From the IMG/VR virus record IMGVR_UViG_3300026484_000108, positions 1 to 50,733 of that record: DNA of 50,733 bases; one strand, written 5' to 3'. This document shows, piece after piece, positions 48,834 to 50,733 of the stretch. Numbering within the stretch: position 1 is the stretch's first letter; every line of letters begins with the position of its first letter. The position numbers were made by a program, and so were the translations under genes. The notes beneath the pieces are model-generated. The model was not told the DNA's origin and searched no databases. It worked only from the letters and a program-made list of their open reading frames with translations. The DNA comes from a virus (lineage: Duplodnaviria > Caudoviricetes).

Positions 48834-49817
48834 ATGTATAGTAAATTAAATAAATTTGAATGGATAGCAATTAGTGTAGCAAACGAAGCAGGGTTTGATA
48901 AACTACTTTGGAATGAGAGAGTAGTTAAAGGTAAAGAGATAATTAATTCTTATCTTAATGGTTCATTTGATCCAGAAAAATGTAATCTCTTGCTTATTAA
49001 AAGATTAAATGAGGTTAAAGAGTTAGTAACAGGAGTTGCTACTCAAGAACCTAACATTTACCTTGATGCTACGGCATCAGGGTTACAAATACTTAGTGCT
49101 ATCTCATTAGATTTAGAAGCAGGTAATAAAGTAAATATCGGTACTAAAGAAAGGAAAGATGTTTATTTAGAGACTGCAAAGTTATTTGGGGAAATGTTTG
49201 GATTAGAAATAGAACGGGAACACGTTAAGAAACCCCTTATGACATATTTCTATAATTCAAGAAAGAACATAGAAGACTATTTCGGAGAAGAGATGGCTGA
49301 AATGTTCTTCGAGATGATGGAAGAAGGATTCAAAGGACCTCAAAAGGTGTTAAATACAGTAAATAAATACTTTGAACCAAGAAAAGTATTTGAATATAAC
49401 TTACCTGATATGAAGGTAAGTATACCTGTAGAAGTAAGTGTTACTGAAGATCTTAAGTTTAAAGATATAGAAGAAGTACCATTTACATATAAAATTAACC
49501 AAGCTGATAAAAATCAATGGAGAGGTTTAGTACCTAACATTGTACATTCACTTGATGCTTGGATATTAAGATATGTAGTTAAGCAATTAAATGAAGAAGG
49601 AATAGTAGTACATACTATTCACGATTCATTTCAAGTACCAGTAAGTAAAGCAGCTGAATTAATAAATGCTTATAAAGAAGCATTTATTACTATGGTTAAA
49701 GATGAATTATTTCCAAATATTATGAAAGACTTATTTGATGTAGAAATAAATTATAATTCTAAAAGAAAAGCAGCAATGATTGAAGCTATTAAGAGAAGTG
49801 AGTATATGTTGAGTTAA
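48834..49817 (+). CDS. RNA polymerase II subunit 2 (N4 gp16-like)
   Basis: Motif A LDATASGLQI, motif B REHVKKPLMTYFYNS, NIVHSLDA, motif C IHDSF. Confidence 0.93.
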   Translation: MYSKLNKFEWIAISVANEAGFDKLLWNERVVKGKEIINSYLNGSFDPEKCNLLLIKRLNEVKELVTGVATQEPNIYLDATASGLQILSAISLDLEAGNKVNIGTKERKDVYLETAKLFGEMFGLEIEREHVKKPLMTYFYNSRKNIEDYFGEEMAEMFFEMMEEGFKGPQKVLNTVNKYFEPRKVFEYNLPDMKVSIPVEVSVTEDLKFKDIEEVPFTYKINQADKNQWRGLVPNIVHSLDAWILRYVVKQLNEEGIVVHTIHDSFQVPVSKAAELINAYKEAFITMVKDELFPNIMKDLFDVEINYNSKRKAAMIEAIKRSEYMLS

Positions 49818-49844
49818 TCTCAATGTATCTCTCTTTCTTTTTTT
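49803..49844 (+). terminator. intrinsic terminator after RNAPII
   Basis: ATATGTTGAG-TTAAT-CTCAATGTAT (with G-U pairs) followed by a T-run. Confidence 0.55.
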
Positions 49845-49888
49845 CTTATAAATATAATATAATTATATAAATTTTAAAAGGAGATAAA

Positions 49889-50029
49889 ATGGTAGAAGTA
49901 ATTACACACGGATTACTTACTTTTAGTATGCTAATGCTATTAAGTAAAGATAGAAAACCAGAAGATACTTTAATAAAAGATATACTTAAAACTATTAATT
50001 ATTTTACTGGTTCTAAAATAAGAGTATAA
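49889..50029 (+). CDS. small protein (46 aa, not in ORF track)
   Basis: AAGGAG RBS; MVEVITHGLLTFSMLMLLS...KIRV*. Confidence 0.6.
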   Translation: MVEVITHGLLTFSMLMLLSKDRKPEDTLIKDILKTINYFTGSKIRV

Positions 50030-50046
50030 TCTCTTATTCTCCCTTG

Positions 50047-50070
50047 TTCTCGGTCGTAAACTCCCTCGAA
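50047..50070 (-). other. strand-specific tandem G.A hairpin
   Basis: - strand TTC GA GG GA GT-TT-AC GA CC GA GAA. Confidence 0.65.
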
Positions 50071-50197
50071 ATTAAATTGTTTTGTGAAAAAATAATATAG
50101 GTAAAGATACTTATATTTATTGTTTTGTGAATGTTAAAATAGATAGGTATATTTAAAAATATACTGTATCTTGAAAAATTACAAATAAAGGAAAAAG

Positions 50198-50617
50198 ATG
50201 AATAATATAAATGGATTATTAAGAGAATTAATAGGAGGAGGTTATCTTGACTGGAAACAATTAGATGAATACATTGAAAAATATCAAATAGATCCAGAAG
50301 ATATAGCACAAGAAGTAAAATATATGTTTGGTGAAGGTTATTTACCAACATTTAACGATTTGATGTATATAACATTATATTTAGGATTTTATAGTATGAA
50401 AGATTATATTCTAACTATTATAAAAGAAAATGAATGGAATATAAAGAGTGAAGTAAAAGATTGGATAGAAAATGTAGAATTTAATTGTTTTGTGAATTAC
50501 TTAGACAGTTTTATACAAACCCCAATATTCTGTGATTATGATATGGAAGAATTAACTGGGGATAAAAGAGTTGTTGCATATTTTATAGCTGATGTGTGGA
50601 AAGAGATAAAGGAGTAA
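50198..50617 (+). CDS. hypothetical acidic protein
   Basis: AAGGA RBS, 139 aa. Confidence 0.7.
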   Translation: MNNINGLLRELIGGGYLDWKQLDEYIEKYQIDPEDIAQEVKYMFGEGYLPTFNDLMYITLYLGFYSMKDYILTIIKENEWNIKSEVKDWIENVEFNCFVNYLDSFIQTPIFCDYDMEELTGDKRVVAYFIADVWKEIKE

Positions 50618-50619
50618 AG

Positions 50620-50733
50620 ATGATATTAAAAGATTGGGAAGTAATGCAATATTTTAGAGAAGGTTATTTAATTAAACAAATTAAAGAAGTGTATTATGAA
50701 CATAAATATACAATTGAAGTATATAAAAGAATA
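50620..50733 (+). CDS. hypothetical protein (3'-truncated)
   Basis: AAGGAG RBS; MILKDWEVMQYF... open to window end. Confidence 0.6.
   Translation, partial: MILKDWEVMQYFREGYLIKQIKEVYYEHKYTIEVYKRI

Noticed and set aside
1-50733. Stop-codon reassignment
   Set aside because: Standard code gives long intact ORFs at high coding density.

Overview
A 50.7-kb AT-rich (roughly 25% GC by eye) segment of an N4-like podophage (Schitoviridae-type). Left, + strand: end of the DNA-metabolism module (RusA-like resolvase, ThyX, HTH protein, DUF6378, HNH). Centre, - strand: the late module, running from terminase through adaptor, tail/LamG proteins, lysis genes, portal, scaffold and major capsid to the ejection proteins and a 3032-aa virion RNA polymerase. 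Right: a hairpin-rich non-coding junction (probable genome end/early promoters), small early genes and the two-subunit N4-type RNAPII. ThyX similarity and extended -10 promoters suggest a Campylobacterota host (inference). The strongest unexplained signal is the heptamer GAWCCAG/CTGGWTC. I counted about 100 copies by hand, against about 3 expected from composition. It occurs in both orientations, in several reading frames and between genes, and it forces rare codons. Other highlights: a vRNAP apparently split from its N-terminal domain, with lone cysteines facing each other across the junction; a SLOG domain inside the vRNAP; a Zn-ribbon insertion in ThyX; a lysozyme with catalytic Glu->Gln; and a strand-specific tandem-GA ssDNA hairpin. 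No tRNA, rRNA, CRISPR array or integrase was seen. All calls are by eye, without database searches.
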